Below, in pieces: positions 1 to 13,450 of a DNA stretch of 64,000 bases. The DNA comes from Scyliorhinus canicula (taxonomy: Eukaryota), in the NCBI RefSeq assembly GCF_902713615.1, contig NC_052158.1, forward strand, positions 40,477,729 to 40,541,728, read 5' to 3'. The stretch's first letter is position 1, and every line of letters begins with the position of its first letter. Under the pieces are notes generated by a model. It had not been told where the DNA came from. It was given only the letters and a program-made list of their open reading frames with translations, and did not search any database. A program made the position numbers and the translations under genes.

Positions 1-1748
1 TCGAACCTGGGATCCTGGCGCTGTGAAGCAACAGTGCTAACAACTGTGCTACCGTAGATGGAGGACAGGCTTTGGGTGGGTCAGGAGGTGAGTTACTCGC
101 CACAGATAGCCCAACCTCTGCCTTGCTCTTGCAGGCACAGTGTCTATATAGTTAGCCCAGTTGAATTTGGATCAATGGTAACCTCCAGGATGTTGATATT
201 GGGGGACTCATTGATGGTAATGCCATTGAATGTCAAGGTGAGATGGTTTGAATTCTGTCTTGTTGGAAATGGTATTGCCTGGCATTTGTACAGCCCACTA
301 CCGAAGTCAGGCTCACTGGTCTATGATTCGGTTTTCTCTCTGCCTCCCTTTTTAAATACATTAGCGACCTTGCAATCTGCAGGAACTGTTCCAGTGTCTA
401 TAAAATCTGGAAGATGACCACAATACATCCACTAATTCTCAGGCCACTTCCTTCAGTACTCTATGATAGGATTATCAGGCCGTGAGGATTTACCAGCATC
501 AATCCATCAGCTTCCCCACATCATTTCTCTACTAATACTGATTTCCTTCAGTTCCTCCCTCTCACTAAACCCTGTGATCCCCAACACAGGATTTATCAGC
601 TGAGGGAGGGTGAGGGTGGGGGTTGGTGGCTCAGTGATAATCAGCAGGAGGATTCCTTGCCCACCTTTGACCTGATGCCATGAATCTTTGTGGTCTCCCA
701 GATCAACTTCCTCTCGAATGTGCACCACCTCAATTGAACTCTGTTCTATCCTGCCATTGGAAGAATAAGGATTGGGACATTGTAAGGTATGACTATGTCA
801 GACTGTTGTTTGACTAGTCTGTGGGACAGCTTTCCCAATACTGGCACAAACCCTCAGATGTTAGAAAGGAGAACTCTGCAGGGCGATAGGACTGGTTTGC
901 CATTGTCGTTTCCAGTGTCCCTGTCAATGCCGGGTAGTCTGTCCGGTTTCTTTCTGTCTCATTGACTTGGAGCAGTTGGATGAAATGAAAAAAATGAAAA
1001 ATGAAAATCACTTATTGTCACGAGTAGGCTTCAATGAAGTTACTGTGAAAAGCCCCTAGTCGCCACATTCCGGCGCCTGTCCGGGGAGGCTGGTACGGGA
1101 ATCGAATCGTGCTGCTGGTCTGCTTTAAAAGCCAGCGATTTAGCTCAGTGAGCTAAACCGGCCCCTAGTAAAATATGCAAACTCCACAGGACAGTGACCC
1201 AGAACCGGGATCGAACGTGGGACCTCGGCGCTGTGAGGCTGTAGGGCTAACCACTGCGCCACCGTACTGGCATGGGTACAACTGAGTGTTTTGCTCGGCC
1301 TTTTCAAAGGACAGTAAAGGGTCATTACTGTGGGTCTGGAGTAAATGTAGGTCAGACTGGGCAAGAAATGGCAGATTTCTGTCCCATTCCGTTTTCATTT
1401 CATCCTGTTACTTGAATTTAAATCCCACCTGCACTCTTCTAAGAATTGAACCTGAGCATCAGTCTGGGCCTCTGGATTGATAGTCCAGTAACACTGCCAC
1501 TAAACAATTACCTCCTCTCAGGCCACCCCTCTGCTTTCCCCTGCTTCCCTCTCCATATTGCTCTCTGTAACACTATCACCTTCTCTGCTCATACTTCCTG
1601 CTCCTTTCTCCATCATTGATGCATCTCCTTCACCTCGATAGCCTTTCTCTCAAGACGAGGGTGGCACGATGGCGCAGTGGTTAGCCGAGGACCGAGGTCC
1701 GGGTTCGATCCCGGCTCTGGGTCACTGTCCGTGTGGAGTTTGCACATT

Positions 1749-2700
1749 AGACCATAAGACATAGGAGCGGAAGTAAGGCCATACGGCCCATCGAGTCCAC
1801 TCCACCATTCAATCATGGTTGATTTCAACTCCATTTACCCGCTCTCTCCCCATAGCCCTTAATTCCTCGAGAAATCAAGAATTTATCAATTTCTGTCTTA
1901 AAGACACTCAATGTCCCGGCCTCCACTGCCCTCTGTGTCAATGAACCTACCACTCTCTGGCTGAAGAAATTTCTCCTCATCTCTGTTCTAAAGTGACTCC
2001 CTTTTATTCTAAGGCTGTGCCCCCGCGTCCTAGTCTCCCCATGCTAATGGAAACAACTTCCCTACGTCCATCCTATCCAAGCCATTCATTATCTTGTAAG
2101 TTTCTATTAGATCTCCCCTCAATCTCCTAAACTCCAATGAATATAATCCCACGATCCTCAGACATTCATCGTATGTTAAGCCTACCATTCCTGGGATCAT
2201 CCGTGTGAATCTCCGCTGGACCCGCTCCAGTGCCAGTATGTCCTTCCTGAGGTGTGGGGCCCAAAATTGCTCACAGTATTCTAAATGGGGCCTAACTAGT
2301 GCTTTATAAAGCCTCAGAAGTACATCCCTGCTTTTATATTCCAAGCCTCTTGAGATAAATGACAACATTACATTTGCTTTCTTAATTACGGACTCAACCT
2401 GCAAGTTTACCTTTAGAGAATCCTGGACTAGGACTCCCAAGTCCCTTTGCACTTTATCATTATAAATTTTGTCACCGTTTAGAAATAGTCCATGCCTCTA
2501 TTCTTTTTTCCAAAGTGCAAGACCTCGCACTTGCCCACGTTGAATTTCATCAGCCACTTCTTGGACCATTCTCCTAAACTGTCTAAATCTTTCTGCAGCC
2601 TCCCCACCTCCTCAATACTACCTGCCCCTCCACCTATCTTTGTATCATCGCAAACTTGGCCAGAATGCCCCCAGTCCCGTCATCTAGATCGTTAATATAT
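1749..2700 (-). mobile_element. 5'-truncated CR1 LINE of the same subfamily, inserted into a SINE
   Basis: RT C-terminal ORF 2030-2452 and the same 3' tail as 5650-5743; absent at the matching site in the other arm (about 41775). Confidence 0.93.
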
Positions 2701-4122
2701 GGGGTGAGACCCAAGTGTCTGCTTGGGTCTCACCCCACAATCCAAACATATGCAAGGCAGGTGGATTGGCCATGCTAAATTGCCCCGTTAATTGGAAACA
2801 AAATGAATTGGGTACTTCAAATTTATTTTAAAATACCCTTCTCTCGAGTTTTCCAGTGACGGGGATGTGCTGAGTGGACGCACAGAAGGTGACTCTCTTC
2901 CTAGGAAATCAAAAATAGCGCCAGAACCAAGAAAAAAGCATACCCTCATCACTCTCTTCAATCTGCAAATGAGATATAAAATATTAACCGAAATGCCAAG
3001 CAACAGCTGTATCAGAGGCCGTAAGGAAACGAGAGGCAACTGGAGCCTGGAGAAACTGGCGAGTGAGATGGTGGACCATAAGGCGAAAAAAATCCCTGGC
3101 AGCACCTGAGCGAGAGGAGCAACAAGCCATGCAAGGAACTTCCCCTCACCAGAGGGCAGCTGGAGGAAGTTCCTCACCAGAGAGCTAAGGAGCTCAAAGA
3201 GGACATAAGACTCGGAATCCAGGTGGCGGTCAATATGGTGGTCACGGAAGCAATGGCCGCCATGTAGCTGGCCCCTCGACAAGGCAGAGAGATGACTACA
3301 GGCCGAGGAGAGCACAATTAAGGCTCATCGCCCTAGAGACAGAGATAGCAAGGTTTATGGTGGCCCAGAGCAAGCTGAAGGGAAATGTGGAAGACCAAGA
3401 GAATCAATCAAGGCGGCAGAAATTCAGAATAGTGGGACTGCCAGAGGGAAACCGAAAGGCTGGGACCACACGAACTACATAGCCAAGATCCTGGGAAACC
3501 TGGTGGGAATGAACAGCTTCCCCAGACTGCCGGAGATAGAGAGGGCTCTTAGGTTGCTCCGGCCGAAATCCACGGCCGTGGAGCAGCCGAGGGCAATAAT
3601 TGTACCGGTGCCAAGACGGGAGAGAATCCTGCAATGGGCCAGCCAGACGAGAACCTGCAACGTGGATGGACACCAGATCGATTTGTATCAGGACATTGAG
3701 ACGGACATTGGGAAAGAAGAAGAATCCAAGGCCACGCAGGGGGGGCCTGGCCCTCCCTAATTTGCTGTATTACCACTGGGAAGCCACAGCAGAGGTAGTG
3801 ATGGAACAGGTAAAGGAACTTGAAGCAGAATGAGTGAAAATGGATGAGAGTTTCTGCACAGGGACATCCCTCCGAGCCCTCGCCACAGCAGCGCTCCCAA
3901 GCCCACTAGCCAAGCACTCAACAAGCCCAGTGGTAATAGTCACGCTTCAGACGGGAACCAACTAAGACGACACATCGGTCTGACCGAAATGTCCACTGTG
4001 GATCCTCAACTACAACAATCACAGGTTGATGCCAGCCAAGATGGATGCCACCTTTAAAGGTGGAGACAGGACAGAGACACTGACAGACAGGGACTTCTAC
4101 AGAGCCAACAGACTGACAAAAC

Positions 4123-5743
4123 AATGTCAAAAAGATGGTGCTAAAAAGCTAAAAGGTCTTAAAATTGACAAATCTCCTGGCCCCGATGGGCTACACCCTA
4201 GAGTTCTGAGGGAGGTGGCTGAAGAAATAGCGGAAGCGTTGGTTGAGTTCTTTCAAAAATCACTGGAGTCAGGGAAAGTCCCGGACGATTGGAAGATCGC
4301 TGTTGTAACCCCCTTGTTCAAGAAAGGATCAAGACAAAGATGGAAAATTATAGGCCAATTAGCCTAACCTCGGTTGTTGGTAAAATTCTAGAATCGATCG
4401 TTAAGGATGAGATTTCTAAATTCTTGGAAGAGCAGGGTCGGATTAGAACAAGTCAACATGGATTTAGTAAGGGGAGGTCGTGCCTGACGAACCTGTTAGA
4501 ATTCTTTGAGGAGGTGACAAGTAGGTTAGACCAGGGAAACCCAGTGGATGTGGTCTATCTGGATTTCCAAAAGGCCTTTGATAAGGTGCCACACAGGAGG
4601 CTGCTGAGTAAGGTGAGGGCCCATGGTGTTCGAGGTGAGCTACTGGCATGGGTTGAGGATTGGCTGTCTGACAGAAGGCAGAGAGTTGGGATAAAAGGTT
4701 CTTTTTCGGAATGGCAGCCGGTGACCAGCGGTGTCCCACAGGGTTCAGTGTTGGGGCCGCAGCTGTTCACCATATATATTAATGATCTGGATGAAGGGAC
4801 TGGGGGCATTCTAGCGAAGTTTGCCGATGATAAGAAGTTAGGTGGTCAGGCAGGTAGTGCTGAGGAAGTGGGGAGGCTGCAGAAGGATCTAGACAGTTTG
4901 GGAGAGTGGTGCAGGAAATGGCTGATGCAATTCAACGTGAGAAAATGTGAGGTCTTGCACTTTGGAAAAAAGAATCCAAGCATAGACTACTTTCTAAAAG
5001 GTGAGAAAATTCATAATGCCAAAGTACAAAGGGATCTGGGAGTGCTAGTCGAGGATTCACTAAAGGTAAACATGCAGGTTGAATCTGTGATTAAGAAAGC
5101 GAATGTAATGTTGTCATTTATCTCAAGAGGGTTGGAATATAAAAGCAGCGATGTGCTACTGAGCCTTTATAAGGCTCTGGTTAGGCCCCATTTGGAGTAC
5201 TGTGTCCAGTTTTGGGCCCCACATCTCAGGAAGGACATACTGGCACTGGAGCGTGTCCAGCGGAGATTCACACGGATGATCCCTGGAATGGCGGGTCTAA
5301 CATATGAGGAACGGCTGAGGATCCTGGGATTGTATTCATTGGAGTTTAGAAGGTTAAGGGGAGATCTAATAGAAACTTACAAGATAATACATGGCTTAGA
5401 AAGGGTGGACGCAAAGAAAACTGTTTCCGTTAGGCGAGAAGACAAGGACCCGTGGGCACAGCCTTAGAATTAGAGGGGGTAAATTCAGAACAGAAATGCG
5501 GAGACATTTCTTCAGCCAGAGAGTGGTGGGCCTGTGGAATTCATTGCCGCGGAGTGCAGTGGAGGCCGGGACGCTAAATAGCTTCAAGGCAGAGATAGAT
5601 AAATTCTTGATGTCGCGAGGAATTAAGGGCCACGGGGAGAATGCTGGTAGGTGGAGTTGAAATGCCCATCAGCCATGATTGAATGGCGGAGTGGACTCGA
5701 TGGGCCGAATGGCCTTACTTCCACTCCTATGTCTTATGGTCTT
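4123..5743 (+). mobile_element. Young 5'-truncated CR1 LINE (RT domain and 3' UTR)
   Basis: ORF 4289-5467 with KSPGPDG, YRPISLTS, DFQKAFD, GVPQGSVLGP and FADD; CR1-type tail; AAAAC duplication on both sides; absent at the matching site in the other arm (about 40360). Confidence 0.95.
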
Positions 5744-6344
5744 AAAACTATAGGAGCTGACAAAGAGGCTTCGACTGACCAGGGGGAATGGGCAGCAAGG
5801 TGGCGCAGTGGTTAGCGCTGCTGCCTCATGGTGCTGAGGTCCCAGGTTCAATCCCGGCCCTGGGTCACTGTCTGTGTGGAGTTTGCACATTCTCCCCGTG
5901 TTTGCGTGGGTTTCTCTCCCACAACCCAAAGATGTGCAGGTAGAATAATTGGTTATGCTAAATTGCTCCTTAACTGGAAAAAATTAATTGGGTACTCTAA
6001 ATGTTTTAAAAAACTAACTAGGGGGAAACGAGTTACGACACATGCAATTCAAAAACTTCCTCCGAAGGGAACCGACGACATACCCACAGCGCCGGGACAA
6101 TCATTATCAGAAGAACTGTTGGACGTGGGCAACTTGAGGGGGGGAACCACGGGACTTATCTGGCCGACTGTTGGGACCGGCACGCTCCCCACTAGGCGAG
6201 ACAAGAGAAAAATGGGAGAAAGAGCCAGGGATAGAAATAGTGGGAACACTGGAGCGAAGCACTGAACAGGATCAACTCCCCCTGCACATGCACACAGCTA
6301 AGCCTTACGCAGCTGAAAGTGGTACACAGCACACAACTAACCAG

Positions 6345-7126
6345 AACCTGAAAGAACATTTGTTCCTTGGAGGTGGAGGACAAATGTGGACGGTGCCAGA
6401 GAGGCCCGGCCAACATGTTCTGGGCATGCCCCAGATTTGTTGAGTTCTGGACGAATTTCTTTGAGGTAATGTCCAAGGTTGTGGGGGTGAGGGTGCCAAG
6501 TCCAAAAGTGGCAATCTTCGGGGTAGCAGACGAGCCAGAACTCGTCTTGGGGAGAGGGGCCGCAGCCTTGCCTTTACCTTCCTAATCGGCCGCCCAAAAA
6601 TCCTGCTCGACTGGTGATTAGCAGCACCGCCCACAGCTGTGGACTGGCTGCCCAACCTGTCGGAATTTCTCCACCTGGAAAAAATCAATTCACCATCCGG
6701 GGGTCGGAAGAGGGCTTCCACAAGACGTGGAAGCCATTCACCAACTTGTTCCAGAACCTGTTGTAGCCAACAGCCAATAGAGCAAAGGGAAGGAGCGGGG
6801 GTCATAGAGGGACCACAGACACCAAGGGGAGAGGGAGGGGGAGAAAATAGGGAGGCACAGACACTGATCACTCCCCCCAGACCAAAAGTTTGTAAATACA
6901 GGTAGCCGACGAGGCTTGATTTATCACTGTGTAATATATGTGTCACTATATGGCCCTGCTGTGTCGGGAAATGAAGAACCAACAAGGAAAACATTCTGTA
7001 CAAGAAAAATAGGGGAAGGGGGTTATTTTTAATGTTTGATCCTTGTAAATTGTATTTGGTTTGTACAGTTTTGTTTATGGTGTATTGTATAAAATGAGAA
7101 CTCTTCATAAAACATTTTCAAAAAAA
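6345..7126 (+). mobile_element. L1-clade ORF2 C-terminus and A-rich 3' end (mirror about 38605-39390, - strand)
   Basis: CGRC..GPANMFWACP zinc-knuckle-like motif, followed by a 3' UTR and A-rich tail. Confidence 0.7.
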
Positions 7127-7439
7127 TACCTTTCGCTCGTCCTCCATAACTGTCCCTTTTCTCTCTCCTCCTCACTCACTTTCCCTTCCCCCTCTCTTCT
7201 GTGTGTCTCTTTTTAATCAAGTTGCTTAACTTCTCCCCCTCACTCTTATCCCTCATCTTCCGATATCTTTAATATTTGAGCTGAGAGAGTGGATATCCTC
7301 AAAACTAGAGGATGTGGAAGACCTCAGGAGTGGGAATAAAGCAGGAAGTACAAACCAGGAATGGCCAATGAGCCAATATGGGGTTGAGTGGGAAAAGTGG
7401 AAGCAGTCGGGTTGGGAGAGTGAGAAAAACAACATAGAA

Positions 7440-8070
7440 TCATAGAATTTACAGTGCAGAAGGAAGCCATTCGGCCCATCGAGTCTGCACCGGCCCTTGG
7501 AAAGTGCACCCAACTTAAGCCCATGCCTCCACCCGATCCCTGTAACCCAGCAACCCCACCCAATGTTTGGACAATTTAGCATGGCCAATCCACCATGGGA
7601 AGCACGGTAGCACAGTGGCTAGCACAGCTGGCCCACAGCGCCACGGTCCCAGGGTCGATTCCGGCCCAGGCCACTGTCCGCCCGGAGTCCGCACGTTCCC
7701 CCCGTGTATGCGTGGGCCTCCTCGGTTTCCTCCCACAAGTCCCGAAAGACGTGCTTGTTCGATGAATTGGACATTTTATATTTTCCCTCAGTGTACCTGA
7801 ACAGATGCCGGAGTGTGGTGACTAGGGGATTTTCACAGTATCTTCATGGCAATGTTTAATATAAGCCTACTTGGGAAAATAATAATGAAGATTATTATAA
7901 TATTATTACCTAACGTGCACATCTTTGGGAGAGGAAACCAGAGCACCCGGAGGAACCCACACACACACACACGGGAGAAAGCGCAAACTCCATACAGACA
8001 GCAACCAAGGCCGGAATCGAACCTGGGGACCCTGTAGCTGCAAAGCCAACCACTGTGCCGCCGTGCCATG
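7440..8070. mobile_element. Cluster of older HE1-like SINEs (others at about 1-56, 1000-1260, 1660-1748 plus 2701-2830, 5780-6010 and their mirrors)
   Basis: Shared B-box GGTTCGAT-type heads and CCACACTCCGGC..GGGGCTTTTCACAGT tails. Confidence 0.8.
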
Positions 8071-8154
8071 AAATATTATTTCAATGGGCAGTAGCAATAC
8101 CTCCACCCCCAGTACCCCGATGTTAGTGGAAGATTCCGGTTTCCTTAGCCATAC

Positions 8155-8415
8155 CAACTGTCTGGTTCATCAATTTCAGGATCGTATTCATGGTCCCCAT
8201 CATTACATCGTAATGTTTCTTTCCCAGGACATTGAGGTAATCCCACTCTTCCACACTGAGATAGTCTGTAATGAATTGGTGTCTGGAAACCATCTGAAGG
8301 GTGTCACTGTCGTAATGGATAACATTACTCCATTGAGCATTGCCACACCCGGCAAACTCAGGGCAACCTGGAATGCCGGAGATTCTGGTGTACAGCACAG
8401 TAAAGGAATCAATAT
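8155..8415 (-). pseudogene. Second (inverted) MHC class I copy, alpha1 exon with compensating +1/-1 indels (pseudogene, variant allele or sequencing error)
   Basis: 261-nt inverted copy of 37311-37571 with intact splice sites. An extra G (GCCGGGT) and a missing C (TTATCCAT) shift about 11 codons; about 8 substitutions. Confidence 0.7.
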
Positions 8416-8949
8416 CTGTGAAATAAACAAAGGAAGGGATTGGTTAATGAGGAATTAACATTTCCCAAATGGTACTAACTAAACAAGATGAATCGGGACC
8501 ACACAATGACAATCTCCTACAGTCTGTCACTTTATATTAACACCAGAATCCTCCCTGATCGATAAACTAGTTCACTGCAGCAAAGGAAATATCAGCAGCA
8601 GCCTATGGATAAGCTTTAGTTTCCGGAGGGTGGACAATGGGAGGCCAGCCAGGAGATCATTGGAAAATCAAATGTTCTGGGGTCAAAATCCTGAGTGAGA
8701 AAATTGGCAGCACATGAGGGAGGGGTTGAGTTGGAAGAAAGAAATTGAACTGGAATCTGGTGGTCTTGGTGATGGAGCGGCTGGAATGAGGACTTTAGGA
8801 ATGCAGTCACTGGAGGAAACAGGACAATGAATTTGTACACAGCAAGATCCCACAATGGCAGGGCAAATGACCAGGTAGCCTGGTTTAGGCTGCCCACGAG
8901 GGGCACATCAAACAGGACATCACACTACCGATCACTCGCTTTCCACCAG

Positions 8950-11945
8950 GGAGAGTGAGCGGAAATGGGAGAGCAGAAGGTACGGGAAGAGAGCTGTACA
9001 GGGAGAGCGATTGGTACGCGGACGAGCGAGCGGTATGGGGAGAGTGAGCGGTACAGGAGAGTGAGCGAACAGGGAGAGTGAGTAGTTCAGGGACAGTGAG
9101 CACGGTGGGGAGTAAGCACACAGGGAGAGTGAGTAGTACAGGGAGAGTGAGCATACAGGGAGAGCGAGCGGTATGGAGAGAGTGAGCACGATGGGGAATG
9201 TGAGCATACAGGGAGAGTGAGTAGCCTGGGGAGAGTGAATGGTATGGGGAGAGTGAATGGTATGGGGAGGACGGCGAGTGAGCGGTATGGGGGAGACGTG
9301 AGCGGTATGGGACAGTGAGAGGTATGGAGAGAGTGAGCGTATGGGGAGAGTGAGCGGTATGGGGAGAAGTGAGAGGTATGGGGACAGTGAGAGGTATGGA
9401 GAGAGTGAGCGGTATGGGGAGAGTGAGCGGTATGGGGGAGAGTGAGCGGTATGGGGAGATGTGAGCGGTATTGGGGAGATGTGAGCGGTATGGGAGAGAG
9501 TGAGCGGAATGGGGAGAGTGAGCGGAAGGGAGGGGAGAGTGAACGGTATGGGGGGGTGAGCATTATGGGGAGAGTGAGGCGGTATGGGGAGAGTGAGCGG
9601 TATGGGGGGGTGAGCATTAGGGGAGAGTGAGCGGTATGGGGAGAGTGAGCGGTATGGAGAGAGTGAGCAATGGGAGAGAGAGTGAGCGGTATGGGGAGAG
9701 TGAGCGTTATGGAGAGAGTGAGCGGTATGGGGAGAGTGAGCGGTATGGGGAGAGTGAGCGGTATGGAGAGAGTGAGCAGTATGGGGAGAGTGAGCGGTAT
9801 GGAGAGGCGTGAGCGGTATGGGGAGAGTGAGCGGTATTGAGAGAGGTTAGCAGTATGGGGAGAGTGAGCGGTATGGAGAGAGTGAGCGGTATGGGGAGAG
9901 TGAGCGGTATGGGGAGAGTGAGCGGTATGGGGAGAGTGAGCGGTATGGAGAGAGTGAGCGGTATGGAGAGAGTGAGCGGTATGGAGAGAGTGAGCGTTAT
10001 GGGGGAGAGTGAGCGGTATGGGGAGAGTGAGCGGTATGGAGAGAGTGAGCGGTATGGAGAGAGAGTGAGCGGTATGGAGAGAGTGAGCGGTATGGGGGAG
10101 GAGTGAGCGGTATGGGGAGAGTGAGCGGTATGGGGAGTGAGCGGTGTGGAGAGTGAGCGGTATGGGGAGAGTGAGCGGTATGGAGAGAGTGAGCGGTATG
10201 GGGAGAGTGAGCGGTATGGGAGAGTGAGCGGTATGGGGAGAGTGAGCGGTATGGGGAGTGAGCGGTATGGAGAGAGTGAGCGGTATGGGAGAGTGAGCGG
10301 TATGGGAGAGTGAGCGGTATGGGGAGTGAGCGGTATGGGGAGTGAGCGGTATGGGGAGAGTGAGCGGTATGGGGAGAGTGAGCGGTATGGAGAGTGAGCG
10401 GTATGGGAGAGTGAGCGGTATGGGGAGAGTGAGCGGTATGGAGAGATGAGCGGTATGGGAGAGTGAGCGGTATGGGAGAGTGAGCGGTATGGAAGAGTGA
10501 GCGGTATGGAGAAGTGAGCGGTATGGAGAGTGGAGCGGTATGGGAGAGTGAGCGGTATGGGAGAGTGAGCGTATGGAGAGTGAGCGGTATGGGAGAGTGA
10601 GCGGTATGGGGAGAGTGAGCGTATGGAGAGAGTGAGCGGTATGGAGAGATGAGCGGTATGGAGAGAGTGAGCGGTATGGAGAGAGTGAGCGGTAATGGAG
10701 AGAGTGAGCGGTATATGGGAGAGTGAGCGGTATGGAGAGAGTGAGGCGGTATGGAGAGAGTGAGCGGTATGGGAGAGTGAGCGGTATGGGGAGAGTGAGC
10801 GGTATGGGGAGAGTGAGCGGTTATGGAGAGAGTGAGCGGTATGGGGAGAAGTGAGCGTAATGGAGAGAGTGAGCGGTATGGAGAGAGTGAGCGGTATGGA
10901 GAGAGTGAGCGGTAGGAGAGAGTGAGCGGTATGGGGAGAGGTGAGCGGTATGGGGGAGAGTGAGCGGTATGGGGAGAGTGGAGCGGTATGGAGAGAGTGA
11001 GCGGTAGGGGGAGAGTGAGCGGTATGGGGAGAGTGAGCGGTATGGGGAGAGTGAGAAGTATGGGGAGAGTGAGCAGTGTAGGGAGAGTGAGCAGTATGGG
11101 GAGAGTGAGCGTATGGGAGAGTGAGCGGTATGGAGAGAGTGAGCGGTATGGAGAGAGTGAGCGGTATGGGGAGAGTGAGCGGTATGGGGAGAGTGAGCGG
11201 TATGGGGAGAGTGAGAAGTATGGGGAGAGTGAGCAGTGTAGGGAGAGTGAGCAGTATGGGGAGAGTGAGCGGTATGGAGAGAGTGAGCGGTATGGAGAGA
11301 GTGAGCGGTATGGAGAGAGTGAGCAGTATGGGGAGAGTGAGCGGTATGGAGAGAGTGAGCGGTATGGGGAGAGTGAGCGGTATGGGGAGAGTGAGCGGTA
11401 TGGAGAGAGTGAGCGGTATGGAGAGAGTGAGCGGTATGGAGAGAGTGAGCGGTATGGGGAGAGTGAGCGGTATGGGGAGAGTGAGCGGTATGGAGAGAGT
11501 GAGCGGTATGGAGAGAGTGAGCGGTATGGAGAGAGTGAGCAGTATGGGGAGAGTGAGCGGTATGGGGAGAGTGAGCGGTATGGAGAGAGTGAGCGGTATG
11601 GAGAGAGTGAGCGGTATGGGGAGAGTGAGCGGTATGGGGAGAGTGAGCGGTATGGGGAGAGTGAGAAGTATGGGGAGAGTGAGCAGTGTAGGGAGAGTGA
11701 GCAGTATGGGGAGAGTGAGCGGTATGGAGTGAGCGGTATGGAGAGAGTGAGCAGTATGGGGAGAGTGAGCAGTGTAGGGAGAGTGAGCGGTATGGGGAGA
11801 GTGAGCGGTATGGGGAGAGTGAGCAGTGTAGGGAGAGTGAGCAGTATGGGGAGAGTGAGCGGTATGGAGAGAGTGAGCGGTATGGAGAGAGTGAGCAGTA
11901 TGGGGAGAGTGAGCAGTGTAGGGAGAGTGAGCGGTATGGGAAGAG
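8950..11945. repeat. Mirror copy of the 18-bp minisatellite (GGGGAGAGTGAGCGGTAT)n
   Basis: Reverse complement of 34130-36780; unit lengths are irregular in 9990-11110. Confidence 0.97.
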
Positions 11946-13039
11946 TGCGATTCGGAATGAGCAACAGAAAGACAGATGTGAGAAATTGCCGAGATAGTGA
12001 GCAATATGTGGAGTTATGTGGCGAGTGAAGGAAGGAAGAATACGAGGGAAGAAAACTGGAAAGAGAATGAATTGTGGGAAATATGATCAGGATGGAGCAA
12101 GGGGGCTTTGCAAATGTGGGAAGGAGGACTTCTGATGGACAGATTGTGAAGAATGATACAACAGAGGGTTTGGTGGGAGATAAAGGACAGAATTGTCCTG
12201 CTGTTCGCTGGTGGATGAATCCACTGATCCCACCGGGATCAGAAACCTGCCGGTATAAAATCCAGTTGCGCTTGTCCCTGTGGTGGGCTAATGGCGGCCC
12301 AGCTTTCCTGCTGGCTGGCAGTGTGAATGGCAATCACTTCCAGGAATGCTCATTAAAGCAGTTGCCTGCCGGAATCCCATCAGGCCTTTCAATGCTGCCA
12401 GATGTGTGAATAACTTTCTGCCTTAGTGCTGTGCCACGTCTGATGTGCTGTTCACTCTGCTAGGAAGTTCCCGCCCTCCTTCTTCACGCTGAGCTGTTCT
12501 TCATGATCAGCACTGTGTTCCTGAACCCATGGACTCTCCTGTCTCACTACCTGGGATTCGCATAGTGCCTGGGGTTGGGCAGTATAGGGGCCTCCAGCCC
12601 TCCGGTGCCACACATGGCAGTGTCTATCTGGACCTGCACCGTTCTGCTGGGCCCATGCAGCCAACCCAACAAAGGTCTGGAATTTTACTGGGGGTGGAGT
12701 GCGAGTTGAGGTTGGGGAAGGGATGTGTGGTGGTGGCTTGATGAAGACAAGGAGTTGGGACAATATGGAAGTAGGGTTGTGCCAGGGGTTGGGGATGGGC
12801 AAAAGCTCACGATGGCAGGCAGAGGACAGGGAGATGGAGGAAGATAAATAATGGAAGGCAGAGGGAACATCATGGGGTGGGGAGCTGGACCTTGACAAAG
12901 CTGCATGAAATGCTCACAAGGGGGGTTAAAAGGACACTACAGCTATTAGTTTTGCAGCCTTCTGGAGTCCCTGAGCCACGTCAATGTTGAGTGTTTTAGG
13001 CTGCACTCCCTTTTTGGTTTCTTAACAAAGTTGTTGTTA

Positions 13040-13450
13040 AAGTTTTGTTTGCACTTCAGCCCCACGCTTCTGATCTACTGGCATCCGGAGCGGGGGGTGG
13101 AGGGGAGGACGGAGGGCCTCCTCGTGAACCTGCTCCTGGGCCTGGCAAAGTGTGCCATAAAGAGGTCCAGGCAGCGGGCGACCATAGGGGCCGTCCGACC
13201 GGACTGTCGGCCCCTCTTCTGTGGCTTTCGTGGCCCGGATATCCCTGGAGAGGGAACATGCGGTGTCCACGGATACACTCGACGCCTTCCGTGCTCTGTT
13301 GGTACCACAGGGGTTAGACTTCTTTACCAACCCCAATTTTCAGATTTTGGTTTGATGTTTCGAAGTTTCTGTTCCTACATTTTCTTTTGGGCTGTGCTCC
13401 GTTTGTTCATTGCAGGATCGGCCGCCTTTTATTTATCTCTTCATTAGTTT
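13040..13450 (+). mobile_element. Tx1-like LINE 3' fragment (mirror about 32625-33030, - strand)
   Basis: LLVNLLLGLAKCAI...LEREHAVST..LDAF, resembling the Tx1-type ORF2 C-terminus. Confidence 0.6.
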
